Below are positions 37,471 through 45,715 of a stretch of 64,000 nt of DNA, one piece after another. The position numbers were made by a program, and so were the translations under genes. Source of the stretch: an uncultured Methanosarcinales archaeon. GTDB taxonomy: Archaea > Nanobdellota > Nanobdellia > Woesearchaeales > UBA583. The notes under the pieces are model-generated. The model worked only from the letters and a program-made list of their open reading frames with translations, was not told the DNA's origin and made no database searches. The stretch is taken from the NCBI GenBank assembly GCA_964351975.1, contig CAYGPK010000003.1:91617-155616 (forward strand), given 5' to 3'. Within the stretch, counting starts at the first letter, position 1, and every line of letters starts with the position of its first letter.

Positions 37471-37550
37471 GCACGAAAAGTCTCAAAAATGAGTGACTTC
37501 TCGTACAGATGACTTACTTTTCGTACAAACCTCTTACTTTTCGTACAAGT
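37471..37550. repeat. iteron-like repeat cluster (3 direct + 1 inverted copy of CTTACTTTTCGTACAA-like motif)
   Basis: 37495-37510 GACTTCTCGTACAGAT, 37511-37530 GACTTACTTTTCGTACAAAC, 37531-37550 CTCTTACTTTTCGTACAAGT. An inverted copy GCACGAAAAGTC lies at 37471-37482. Confidence 0.8.
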
Positions 37551-37688
37551 CAAAATAAATAAAAAACTTTAAAGAAGTAATATCTGTACATAAATCATCC
37601 TTTTCAGATGGTATTGTGTTTAGAATAACAATAGAAAAAATAATGTGTAAGAATAAGTATAATTGAAAAATTAAGAATAATATAACAG

Positions 37689-38198
37689 TTAATCTTTACC
37701 TGAGATTAACTTTTTCAGAAAATTGCCACTCCACAAACTAACATTTGTCACTCTAGCAAGTTCTTCTGCACTTTTGGTAAATTTATTATTTGTAACAACT
37801 AAAGCTTTATCACAGCCATAATATTCTCTAGCAGAAATAACTTCTTGAACTGCTTTATTTCCAACTGGTTTAGAATACCTTTTTGCTTGAACTGCTGTTT
37901 TAACTCCTCCCATAGTTAAAATTAAATCTGCACCTTGATCGTTAACCTTTGGAGTTAGTTTTACATAATAACCAATATTTCTGAAAACCTTTTCTAAATA
38001 GTTTTCAAATTCTAATCCAGACATTGAATCAATATCAATAGTGCTATCTTTTTTGAATTTAAAATATCTAATGAAAAGTACTAAAAATATTATTGTAAAT
38101 ACCACAAATAATACTTTACTTAATTGATATATAATCCCTAAAAAAACAAGTAAAAAACTTATTATGTAATATATGACTAAAAACTTCCAAATTTTCAT
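37689..38198 (-). CDS. membrane-anchored Mrr-like restriction endonuclease domain protein
   Basis: Two N-terminal TM helices followed by the Mrr_cat pattern GLEFENYLEKVF...VNDQGADLIL...AVQAKRY...ALVVTNNKFTKSA. Confidence 0.7.
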   Translation of the reverse strand: MKIWKFLVIYYIISFLLVFLGIIYQLSKVLFVVFTIIFLVLFIRYFKFKKDSTIDIDSMSGLEFENYLEKVFRNIGYYVKLTPKVNDQGADLILTMGGVKTAVQAKRYSKPVGNKAVQEVISAREYYGCDKALVVTNNKFTKSAEELARVTNVSLWSGNFLKKLISGKD

Positions 38199-38201
38199 TG
38201 T

Positions 38202-39437
38202 CTATACCTCTTGAGGTATTGGTGCATTAAAGAAGTTTAAATCGAATGTTTCCATCTCTTGTATTAATACACAAATATTATGACAAATAACTTTACATAA
38301 TAATTCATTAATTTGAGCAGTCCAATTCTTTGATTTTAAAGTTTCTCCAAATTTCTTTTTAATCATACTAAAAGTAGTTTCTACATTAGATCTTTTATGA
38401 TAATGTTCCAAAAACTCTTCTTGATTATATATGAAATATCTTAAAGCTTTTTTCCAAAACATTCCATGCATATTAGTTTTCTTTAAAGTAACATTTTTCT
38501 TGAAAGGAATAAATGGTGTCGCTCCAACTTGATTGATTAATTTAAGGTTATCTCTACTTGAATATGCTTTATCTGCTGAAAATTCCCTTATATTAAATAT
38601 CTTATTTGTTTTCTCTAATAATTCTTTTAATTGAGGTGAATCATGCTCAAACTCAGATGTAATGTTAACTGCTGAAATAACATTCGTTTTAACTCCACAA
38701 ACTATATGACATTTTAACCATTTCCTATATCTCTCTTGCGTTGAGTGTTTATACTTACTCCAATTTTGAATACTTGATGTTCCAAATCCTGATGAATCTA
38801 TTGCAAAATCACATTCCACTTCATTTAATGGTTGAGCTGTTGCCATAACTAATTCTTGTAAAATTTCAGTAACATTATCTTTATTAAAATAATCTTTTAA
38901 GGTTGTAAAAGGGATATCCTTCTCAATATAACCAAAATCCTTACTAATTCTCATGTCAGATGTAAATCTCCTTCCTGAGAGTCCTGAATACACTTTAAAT
39001 ATCATTGAATACAAAACATCATTAAGAAAAGCTTTAGGTCTTCCCATAATTGCTTGGTCTGTTTCAAAATTTCTAACAGCATCTGAGAGAATTTTAAGAA
39101 ATTGTTCTTTTTCCTCCTTTTGAGCTTTGTTATAATTACTCCAATCTTGAGTATATGTTTTCTTTTTTACAACCTCTTCCTCTTTAGGTTCTATATTATT
39201 ATTTACTTTATATTCAACTGCATAGATATGTTTACAGTTACCATTATGTTTTTGATGGTCTTTGCATGAGCATGATGTATTGAATCCATTTGTTTTAACT
39301 GTGTAAAATAAAGTTTTATTAGTTTGTGAAGTAACTCTCCAAGTCCTATCATTTATCTTTATTATTTCTAATTCTTTTGCAAGAAGAAGCCCTCTCTCTT
39401 TTCTTTTGTTAGTTGTTTGTAGTTGTGTGGTTTCCAT
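38202..39437 (-). CDS. DDE transposase (IS4/IS5-like) with N-terminal SWIM zinc finger
   Basis: SWIM motif CSCKDHQKHNGNCKHIYAV. DDE candidates are AIDSSGFG, SADKAYSS and RSNVETTFSMIKKKFGETL. Confidence 0.75.
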   Translation of the reverse strand: METTQLQTTNKRKERGLLLAKELEIIKINDRTWRVTSQTNKTLFYTVKTNGFNTSCSCKDHQKHNGNCKHIYAVEYKVNNNIEPKEEEVVKKKTYTQDWSNYNKAQKEEKEQFLKILSDAVRNFETDQAIMGRPKAFLNDVLYSMIFKVYSGLSGRRFTSDMRISKDFGYIEKDIPFTTLKDYFNKDNVTEILQELVMATAQPLNEVECDFAIDSSGFGTSSIQNWSKYKHSTQERYRKWLKCHIVCGVKTNVISAVNITSEFEHDSPQLKELLEKTNKIFNIREFSADKAYSSRDNLKLINQVGATPFIPFKKNVTLKKTNMHGMFWKKALRYFIYNQEEFLEHYHKRSNVETTFSMIKKKFGETLKSKNWTAQINELLCKVICHNICVLIQEMETFDLNFFNAPIPQEV

Positions 39438-39535
39438 TTCTATATATTAGCATTGACCTGCTACTAATAGTAATAGGTTGATTATTTATAAACCTTTGTA
39501 ATCTATTACCATTAATCATAGTTTAAAAAGATAAC

Positions 39536-39543
39536 CTTATAAA
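39536..39543 (+). promoter_or_regulatory. TATA box (CTTATAAA) for the 67-aa Zn-ribbon gene
   Basis: Ends 22 nt before ATG 39565. Confidence 0.5.
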
Positions 39544-39564
39544 TAAAGACTTCTTAAGAATAAT

Positions 39565-39768
39565 ATGAGTGAGAGAAAGCAGGATTCAGGTGCATTTATT
39601 GAAATAATAGGTCACAAGTGTTATAGATGTGGGCATGAATGGAAGCCAACTTCAATGGATAAAGCACCTAAAGCTTGTCCTAAATGTAAAAGTCCCTATT
39701 GGGATGAACCTTTGAAGAGAAAAGAAGTTAGCGATAAAATAAAGAAAACTCTTAGTGAGAAAAATTAA
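39565..39768 (+). CDS. small zinc-ribbon protein
   Basis: CYRCGHEW...CPKCKSPYW. A TATA box at 39536-39543 lies 22 nt upstream. Confidence 0.6.
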   Translation: MSERKQDSGAFIEIIGHKCYRCGHEWKPTSMDKAPKACPKCKSPYWDEPLKRKEVSDKIKKTLSEKN

Positions 39769-39962
39769 TTTTTTTGAATAATTAAAATACCTGAATTAAC
39801 ATATTCTGTAATATCTATATCATCACCTTTCTTTAAGTTGTTAGTTAAGATATTGTTTTCAAGTTCTATTATTACTTCCATGATAGTTTATGGTTTTAGT
39901 TATTTATAGAATTTACTGTATGAAAGTTGAAAAAAATAATAAAAAATTGAAAATTATTTTAT

Positions 39963-40841
39963 TTATTCAAACATATTTAAAAAAACATTAGTTACTTTAT
40001 TATATTCTTGTAAAGAAATATGATTTTTATATAAATAATGATTAATTCCTACATTTCGTGAATTTCTTCCTTGCATAAAGTTAGCAATATCAAATGGAAT
40101 ATTATTCTCTATAAGCTTGGTGAAATTGTATTTTCTAATATACTTTAAAGGTATTAATTTATTTCTTTTAATGTATGTAACATAACCTGAAGAATCATAA
40201 TTTTTCATTAATTCTTTATTTTCTTTTAATAATAGATAAGTTTTCCTTGAGATATAAATATAATATGAATACTTATACCCTCTAAGATAAAAGTTAGGAT
40301 ATGAACAAACATCTTCTTTGATTTCAAAATCTTTAATATTGAAATTTGAAAAGAAATGTTCTAAATCTTTTATTCTCTGGCCTGATTCAAGTAATACTCT
40401 TAAAAAGATTATTTCTTTAAGATATCTTTTCTTAGTATGTTCAATTAATATACTAATATCTTCATCTTTTGCAAACCTTTTGTCTATATTACTAAGGAGT
40501 TTAATATAGAATCTTGCTTTATATTCTTCAAGTTGAGTATAACTAATAAATCCTTTTAAGAATAAGTAATTAAAAAATACTCTATATGAAACTGAAATTG
40601 CTTTAATGGTTCTTTCATTTGTTCCTATAACTTCATTGGCTGTTTTGAATTTCTTCTTTAAACAAAAGTCTAAAGTTGAAATAATGTTTTGCCTATAATC
40701 CTTTGAATACATTTCAAGCCATTTTAAAAAATCTTCTCTATTTTTAGAGTAAAGTCTCATGATGCGAGTAAAATTTTTATCTAGGTCTTTGTTTTTTTGA
40801 ATTAAGACTAATTTCTTAATTGATTTACTTTCTATTCTCAT
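39963..40841 (-). CDS. divergent tyrosine recombinase/integrase (tentative)
   Basis: SAM-like N-domain (YRVFFNYLFLKGFI), LLESGQRIKDL (Arg I), LKYIRKYNFTKL (K/HxxR-like), FMQGRNSRNVGINHYLY (candidate catalytic Tyr). Confidence 0.55.
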   Translation of the reverse strand: MRIESKSIKKLVLIQKNKDLDKNFTRIMRLYSKNREDFLKWLEMYSKDYRQNIISTLDFCLKKKFKTANEVIGTNERTIKAISVSYRVFFNYLFLKGFISYTQLEEYKARFYIKLLSNIDKRFAKDEDISILIEHTKKRYLKEIIFLRVLLESGQRIKDLEHFFSNFNIKDFEIKEDVCSYPNFYLRGYKYSYYIYISRKTYLLLKENKELMKNYDSSGYVTYIKRNKLIPLKYIRKYNFTKLIENNIPFDIANFMQGRNSRNVGINHYLYKNHISLQEYNKVTNVFLNMFE

Positions 40842-40877
40842 GGAAAATAAACTAACTTAATGAGTTATATAAATATT

Positions 40878-41195
40878 TTAAAATAAACTTCTATAGATTA
40901 ATTCTATAATAAAACCTAAAAATCCTAGAATTATTATTCCTAAGATTGCATATAAAATTACTTTGTCTATTGAGGTTACATTTTTTTCTTTCTTTTTTGT
41001 TTTACCTTTATTAATAAAGTAATCAATAATCCACAATATACAAGCAATAGTTAACCCATTACCAAAAATTCTCCCTTTAATTGAGGGTGTAGCTCCAAAA
41101 ATAAGGCCTGAAATACCATATGCTAACGCAATCCATGCTAAAAGATTAAAAAACCTCTTTGTGGAGTTATGGAATTTTTCTATTAATTTCTTCAT
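40878..41195 (-). CDS. small 3-TM membrane protein
   Basis: 105 aa with three hydrophobic helices. It is the last small gene after the helicase-nuclease. Confidence 0.5.
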   Translation of the reverse strand: MKKLIEKFHNSTKRFFNLLAWIALAYGISGLIFGATPSIKGRIFGNGLTIACILWIIDYFINKGKTKKKEKNVTSIDKVILYAILGIIILGFLGFIIELIYRSLF

Positions 41196-41226
41196 ATTTA
41201 ATTTATACTTTAGTTATTTATAATTT

Positions 41227-44200
41227 TTATTCTTCATTCCATTTAGGACAATAAAATTTCACTCCACAAAATCTACAAGGAGTATCATCTTTTGCTATAT
41301 TGAATTCACTTTCAAAATCACTTGCAATACTATTTGCAATATCTATAAACTCTTGTTTAATCTCTGAAATTTTGAAACCTTTAGTATTACCTGGTGCTTC
41401 AACTTCATCTCCATTAACTGTAAACTCAACAGGTTTCTCTAGTTTTAGCATTTCAAGAGTTAATTTTTTAGGTTCTTTCTTTAGTCCTTCCCTGCATGCT
41501 AAAGCATAATATCCTAACTGGTATGCTCTTTTTTTTGCATCAATTGCACTTTTATTTGTTTTATAATCTATGATTTCTAAAGTACCATCTTCAAATTCAT
41601 CTACTCTATCAGCAAGTCCAAAGAATTTAAACCCTTCAATCTCTAAAGGTAAAGCAATCTCAGTTACTGACTTATCATTAATCTTATCTTTATTTCTTTC
41701 CCAGAATATTGAAATTAAATTCACTGAGTCCTCTATTGGCATATTTTTCCATTCATCTTTTTTAACTAGTTCTTTAGCATAATCTTGAAATTCTTCTTCA
41801 GTTTTGAATTTTTTACATACTCCATCTTCAAGAACTTGATGAACAAATGAACCAAATGATGCTGCATCTGCTGTGTCATCTAAATCATTTTTAGATGGCA
41901 TTTGTAATATTCTCGTCAATTCATATTTTTTAGGACATTCCTTATAATCAATTAAAGCTGTAGGTGATAAAGTTACCATAGATTTATCAAATTTAAGGCC
42001 ACTGAATCCCTCTTTAGCTTTTAGTATTAGTTTTTCTAATTCTTCATTTGGTAAATTGTTTAAATTAATAACTTCTTCAGTTTTAACTGATTTATATTGT
42101 GAAATTAAATCTAAAATCATTTCATTATTATCAGAATCTAAAGCTTCTATAATTTGAATTTTAATTGAATCAAGTAATTTATCTTTTTGTCCAGTTGGAG
42201 CAATAGCTGTATTTAATTCTTGTTCATCTAAAATATATTCAATCATATCATGTTCAACTTTCACTTGTGTTCTCCAATCTTGATATCCAATCTCATTTAA
42301 GAAGATAGATTCTGAATTAGAATCAGTTGAACCTTTATAATCTCTTGCAAAAGTTAAAATTAATTCATTTTTTGCTCTAGTCATTGCAACATATGCAAGT
42401 CTTCTTTCTTCAATTAAAAGCATTTCTTTTTCATATTCCTTAATTGCTTTCTCTCTTTCTTTATCTGTCAATTCTCCTTTTTCTTCTAAGTAAATTTTTA
42501 AGTCTGGCAAAAGGGATTTAGGAATCAATGGTTCGTTTTGAGTTCTAGTAACAGGGAATCTAGATTCAGCCATATTTGATACAATTACAACTTCATATTC
42601 AAGTCCTTTAGATGCATGAACTGTCATGAACCTAATTGCATTATCATTTTGGATTTCTGATGCACTAATTGAGACTCCAAGTTCTCTTAATACTTCCATA
42701 TAATCTATTAAGTTGTTTAAATCATCTCCATGAAATTCTCTAAATGATTTAACAACATCATAAAACTTTTTCATGTTCATTAATGACTCAATGTTTTGTG
42801 GTGTTCTCTTATATGTGAATGCTCTGTTAAGTCCAGTTATTTCATATATTTCTAGAACTAATTCTTCTAGAGGGAGATTTGATTTTTCATGAAGTAACCT
42901 AACTTTATCAATAATTGACTTAATTATAATCTCTGAATTCTTATTTAAACTTAATTTATCTATTGCATGTAAAAGAGCTTCATCAATTGACATATCTTTA
43001 TTTGATTTAAGGTATCTTCCAATTTTTAGAGAATCTTCCATTGATAACAAATTCTTATAATGAAATAAATTCCACCAAGATTGATCTCCTGTTGAAGTTC
43101 TATTTGTTAAGTTATTTAACATTGAAAGGTATGATACTGTAGTTTTGATTTCTCTTTTATTTAGAAGGTTAGTTTTACCTGCTTGTGCTACAGGAATATT
43201 TCTTTGCTTAAGATACTCCTTTAGATAATCTCCTTGCCTATGAGTTCTAAATAATACACAAATTTCATTAGCAGGAATACCTTGCTTTAGTTTTTCTTCA
43301 ACTAAATCTGCAATTACTCTTGCTTCTTCATCTTTGTTTAATGTTTCAATTACTTTAACTTTATCTCCAGTTCGATTTTCAGCATTTTTAGTTTTAAAAC
43401 AATCTTCATGATTTTCATAATTATTTTTAATTAAATCATGAGACACATTTAAAATATTATCAGATGATCTCCATGATTCAACTAAATTAATTTCATCATC
43501 TTTAGTTGCATCATATACTTTTTTGAAATGATTAAAACTTTCTTTATATGAACCTCTAAATCCATAAATTGATTGGTTAGGATCTCCCACAACAGTAATA
43601 TTTTTATGTTCACTTGCAATGTATTCAATTAACTCAAATTGAATTTTGTTAGTGTCTTGAAATTCATCAATGATTACATACTTAAATTTGTCAGTATATT
43701 TCTCAGCACCAAACTTTCTAAATAATAATAAAACATAATGATTCAAATCGGAATAATCAATATATTTCTTTTCTAGTTTGATTTTATCATAATCCTTCCA
43801 TGCATTAACAAATTTATTGAATGAATTATATTCTTTGTATATTTCTAAGAATTGTTTGATTTCTTTTTTAGTTTGTCTATTCTCTTTAGTATTTTCATCT
43901 AAATGAATTGTGTTTAGAATAAATTCTTGTTCTTTAGCATAAGTTTCTAGGTTTTCTAAATCTGTATGTTCTTTTAGTTTATCTTTAATTGTATTTAAAA
44001 ATTCTTCAATTTGTGATATATCGATTCCAAAGTCTTTTGCTGTTGAAATTGTTGACACATATCTACTTGCCCAATATGGAGTAATTCCTAATTCTCTATG
44101 CATTAAAACTTTAGCATCATCAGGTAAAAGAATTTCAAACTCGTTATCTAAATTAATTAAATGAGCATCTTCTTTTAAAATATCTAAACAAAAACCATGA

Positions 44201-44445
44201 AATGTTCTAATAGTAGGAAGTCTTAGTGATTGTAATTTTGACATTACTTTATTTTTTAATGAGTTAGTTGCTTCATTTGAAAAAGTTAAAGCTAAGATTT
44301 CCTCAGGTTGAAATTCTTTAGATTTAACTAGATTGTCTATCTTTTCAATTATTGTGTGTGATTTTCCAGTTCCTGCTCCTGCAAGAACTACACATGCTCC
44401 TTTGATTTTCTCTACTACTTGTTTTTGTTCTTTGTTTAAAGTCAT
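41227..44445 (-). CDS. UvrD/Rep-type SF1 helicase fused to a C-terminal Cas4/AddB-like Fe-S PD-(D/E)XK nuclease
   Basis: Helicase motifs AGAGTGKSHT, IIDEFQDTN, VVGDPNQSIYGFRGS, SWRS, TVHASKGLEYEVV, EERRLAYVAMTRAK. Nuclease: CPKKYEL, GLADRVD, EIIDYKT, YQLGYYA, CRFCGVKFYCPKW (4 Cys). Confidence 0.85.
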   Translation of the reverse strand: MTLNKEQKQVVEKIKGACVVLAGAGTGKSHTIIEKIDNLVKSKEFQPEEILALTFSNEATNSLKNKVMSKLQSLRLPTIRTFHGFCLDILKEDAHLINLDNEFEILLPDDAKVLMHRELGITPYWASRYVSTISTAKDFGIDISQIEEFLNTIKDKLKEHTDLENLETYAKEQEFILNTIHLDENTKENRQTKKEIKQFLEIYKEYNSFNKFVNAWKDYDKIKLEKKYIDYSDLNHYVLLLFRKFGAEKYTDKFKYVIIDEFQDTNKIQFELIEYIASEHKNITVVGDPNQSIYGFRGSYKESFNHFKKVYDATKDDEINLVESWRSSDNILNVSHDLIKNNYENHEDCFKTKNAENRTGDKVKVIETLNKDEEARVIADLVEEKLKQGIPANEICVLFRTHRQGDYLKEYLKQRNIPVAQAGKTNLLNKREIKTTVSYLSMLNNLTNRTSTGDQSWWNLFHYKNLLSMEDSLKIGRYLKSNKDMSIDEALLHAIDKLSLNKNSEIIIKSIIDKVRLLHEKSNLPLEELVLEIYEITGLNRAFTYKRTPQNIESLMNMKKFYDVVKSFREFHGDDLNNLIDYMEVLRELGVSISASEIQNDNAIRFMTVHASKGLEYEVVIVSNMAESRFPVTRTQNEPLIPKSLLPDLKIYLEEKGELTDKEREKAIKEYEKEMLLIEERRLAYVAMTRAKNELILTFARDYKGSTDSNSESIFLNEIGYQDWRTQVKVEHDMIEYILDEQELNTAIAPTGQKDKLLDSIKIQIIEALDSDNNEMILDLISQYKSVKTEEVINLNNLPNEELEKLILKAKEGFSGLKFDKSMVTLSPTALIDYKECPKKYELTRILQMPSKNDLDDTADAASFGSFVHQVLEDGVCKKFKTEEEFQDYAKELVKKDEWKNMPIEDSVNLISIFWERNKDKINDKSVTEIALPLEIEGFKFFGLADRVDEFEDGTLEIIDYKTNKSAIDAKKRAYQLGYYALACREGLKKEPKKLTLEMLKLEKPVEFTVNGDEVEAPGNTKGFKISEIKQEFIDIANSIASDFESEFNIAKDDTPCRFCGVKFYCPKWNEE

Positions 44446-44446
44446 T

Positions 44447-45715
44447 TTATATTAATATTGAATGTAATTCCTCTTTCAATTTTTTTCTTTCTTCATATTT
44501 AAGTAAATTTCTATGAAGGTTTATAGTTTTAATTTTAATGTGAATATTTTCTTCATCATCTGATTTAAGATTTATGTTCTCAAAATTAACATTAAATTCA
44601 TATTCAGGATAAAGTAAGATTATATTTTTTATTTCTTGCTTATCAAAATATCGCATTCCATACATAAACATTTGATAAATATCTCCTTGTGAAACTCCGT
44701 AATTCAATTTATCTTTAATTAAACGTTTATATTTAGTATCAATAATCAAAATTTCATTAGAGTTATTCTCTAAATAAATGTCAGGTTTTAATTGAAATTT
44801 AGAAAAATTAGGACTTATTTTATTATTAAAAACATATTTGTCAGCTTTTTGGGTTTTAATTCTTGAAAACTCTATTTTAAATTCTTTTTTTATAAATTCA
44901 CCTATAAATTCTTCAAATAAATTATTCATATTAAACATTATAGAAAAACTATCAAAATTTTTAGAATTTAAAGAAACTGAGTTTCCAAATAATAATAGAA
45001 TTGCAAGATTAAAACTATTCATATAAATTTTATTTAATCTATTAAATGTAATTTTTAAAGTTTCATGTTTTGAAATGTTTCTTAGCTTAACATCTTGAAG
45101 TATAAAATCACATTCAGTTAATAATTTGAAATTTGAATTAGATTTTGTGATTTTAATTAATTTTTGAACAGTTGCTTTAAATACTTGATTTAATAAATTA
45201 TTTTCTGTAAATTCATCAAACTTAGAATAAAATTTTACTTTATTAAATAAATTAAATTTGAAATGCTTTGACATCAATAGCTTACCTTTAAGATAATTTG
45301 TATTTTCTTCTTTATCTTCATAGTTTCTTATTAAGTCCTTCTTTAACAATTCCAATAAATTTTTAGAGAATAAATAGATTATCGCTTCAAAAATATTTTC
45401 ACTTTTACTTAAAGATGAAATTTCAGTTTCATTAAGGTTCAATTTCTTTGTATAAGATAACATGAATAATAAATTATTTACAATAAATGAGTTATCTTCA
45501 ATATTATTTGAAAATATTTTAGGTAAGACTTGAATTGTTTTATTATTAATCTGAACAACTCCAACATATTTTCTTGCTTTTATACCTTTAGAAGTAAATT
45601 CAAATAAATTATCTTTATTTAATTTATTTAATTTTTCTATTAATACCTTTTCTTTTAAAGATAAATCATTATAAGATTCATATTCTAAAAGAGATATAAC
45701 CTTTTTATTCCTCAT
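44447..45715 (-). CDS. mcrC: McrC-like nuclease subunit
   Basis: GVVQINNKTIQVLPKI (McrC N-domain signature) and LKPDIYL...LIIDTKYKRL (PD-D/ExK core). It overlaps the McrB gene by 11 nt. Confidence 0.8.
   Translation of the reverse strand: MRNKKVISLLEYESYNDLSLKEKVLIEKLNKLNKDNLFEFTSKGIKARKYVGVVQINNKTIQVLPKIFSNNIEDNSFIVNNLLFMLSYTKKLNLNETEISSLSKSENIFEAIIYLFSKNLLELLKKDLIRNYEDKEENTNYLKGKLLMSKHFKFNLFNKVKFYSKFDEFTENNLLNQVFKATVQKLIKITKSNSNFKLLTECDFILQDVKLRNISKHETLKITFNRLNKIYMNSFNLAILLLFGNSVSLNSKNFDSFSIMFNMNNLFEEFIGEFIKKEFKIEFSRIKTQKADKYVFNNKISPNFSKFQLKPDIYLENNSNEILIIDTKYKRLIKDKLNYGVSQGDIYQMFMYGMRYFDKQEIKNIILLYPEYEFNVNFENINLKSDDEENIHIKIKTINLHRNLLKYEERKKLKEELHSILI

Noticed and set aside
37471-37550. 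CRISPR-like or replication-origin (ORB) interpretation of the 20-nt repeats
   Set aside because: The repeats are contiguous with no spacers, so this is not a CRISPR. No ORB/mini-ORB consensus, flanking AT-rich unwinding element or cdc6/orc1 gene was seen. An att or arm-site or iteron interpretation is preferred.
38199-39560. Terminal inverted repeats of the IS element
   Set aside because: Comparing the two flanks by eye gave no convincing inverted repeat, so the IS boundaries are left undefined.
39765-39881. 38-aa minus-strand ORF (MEVIIELENNILTNNLKKGDDIDITEYVNSGILIIQKN), vaguely AbrB/SpoVT-like
   Set aside because: It is too short, has no promoter at the canonical spacing, and overlaps the stop of the 67-aa gene. 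The evidence is insufficient.
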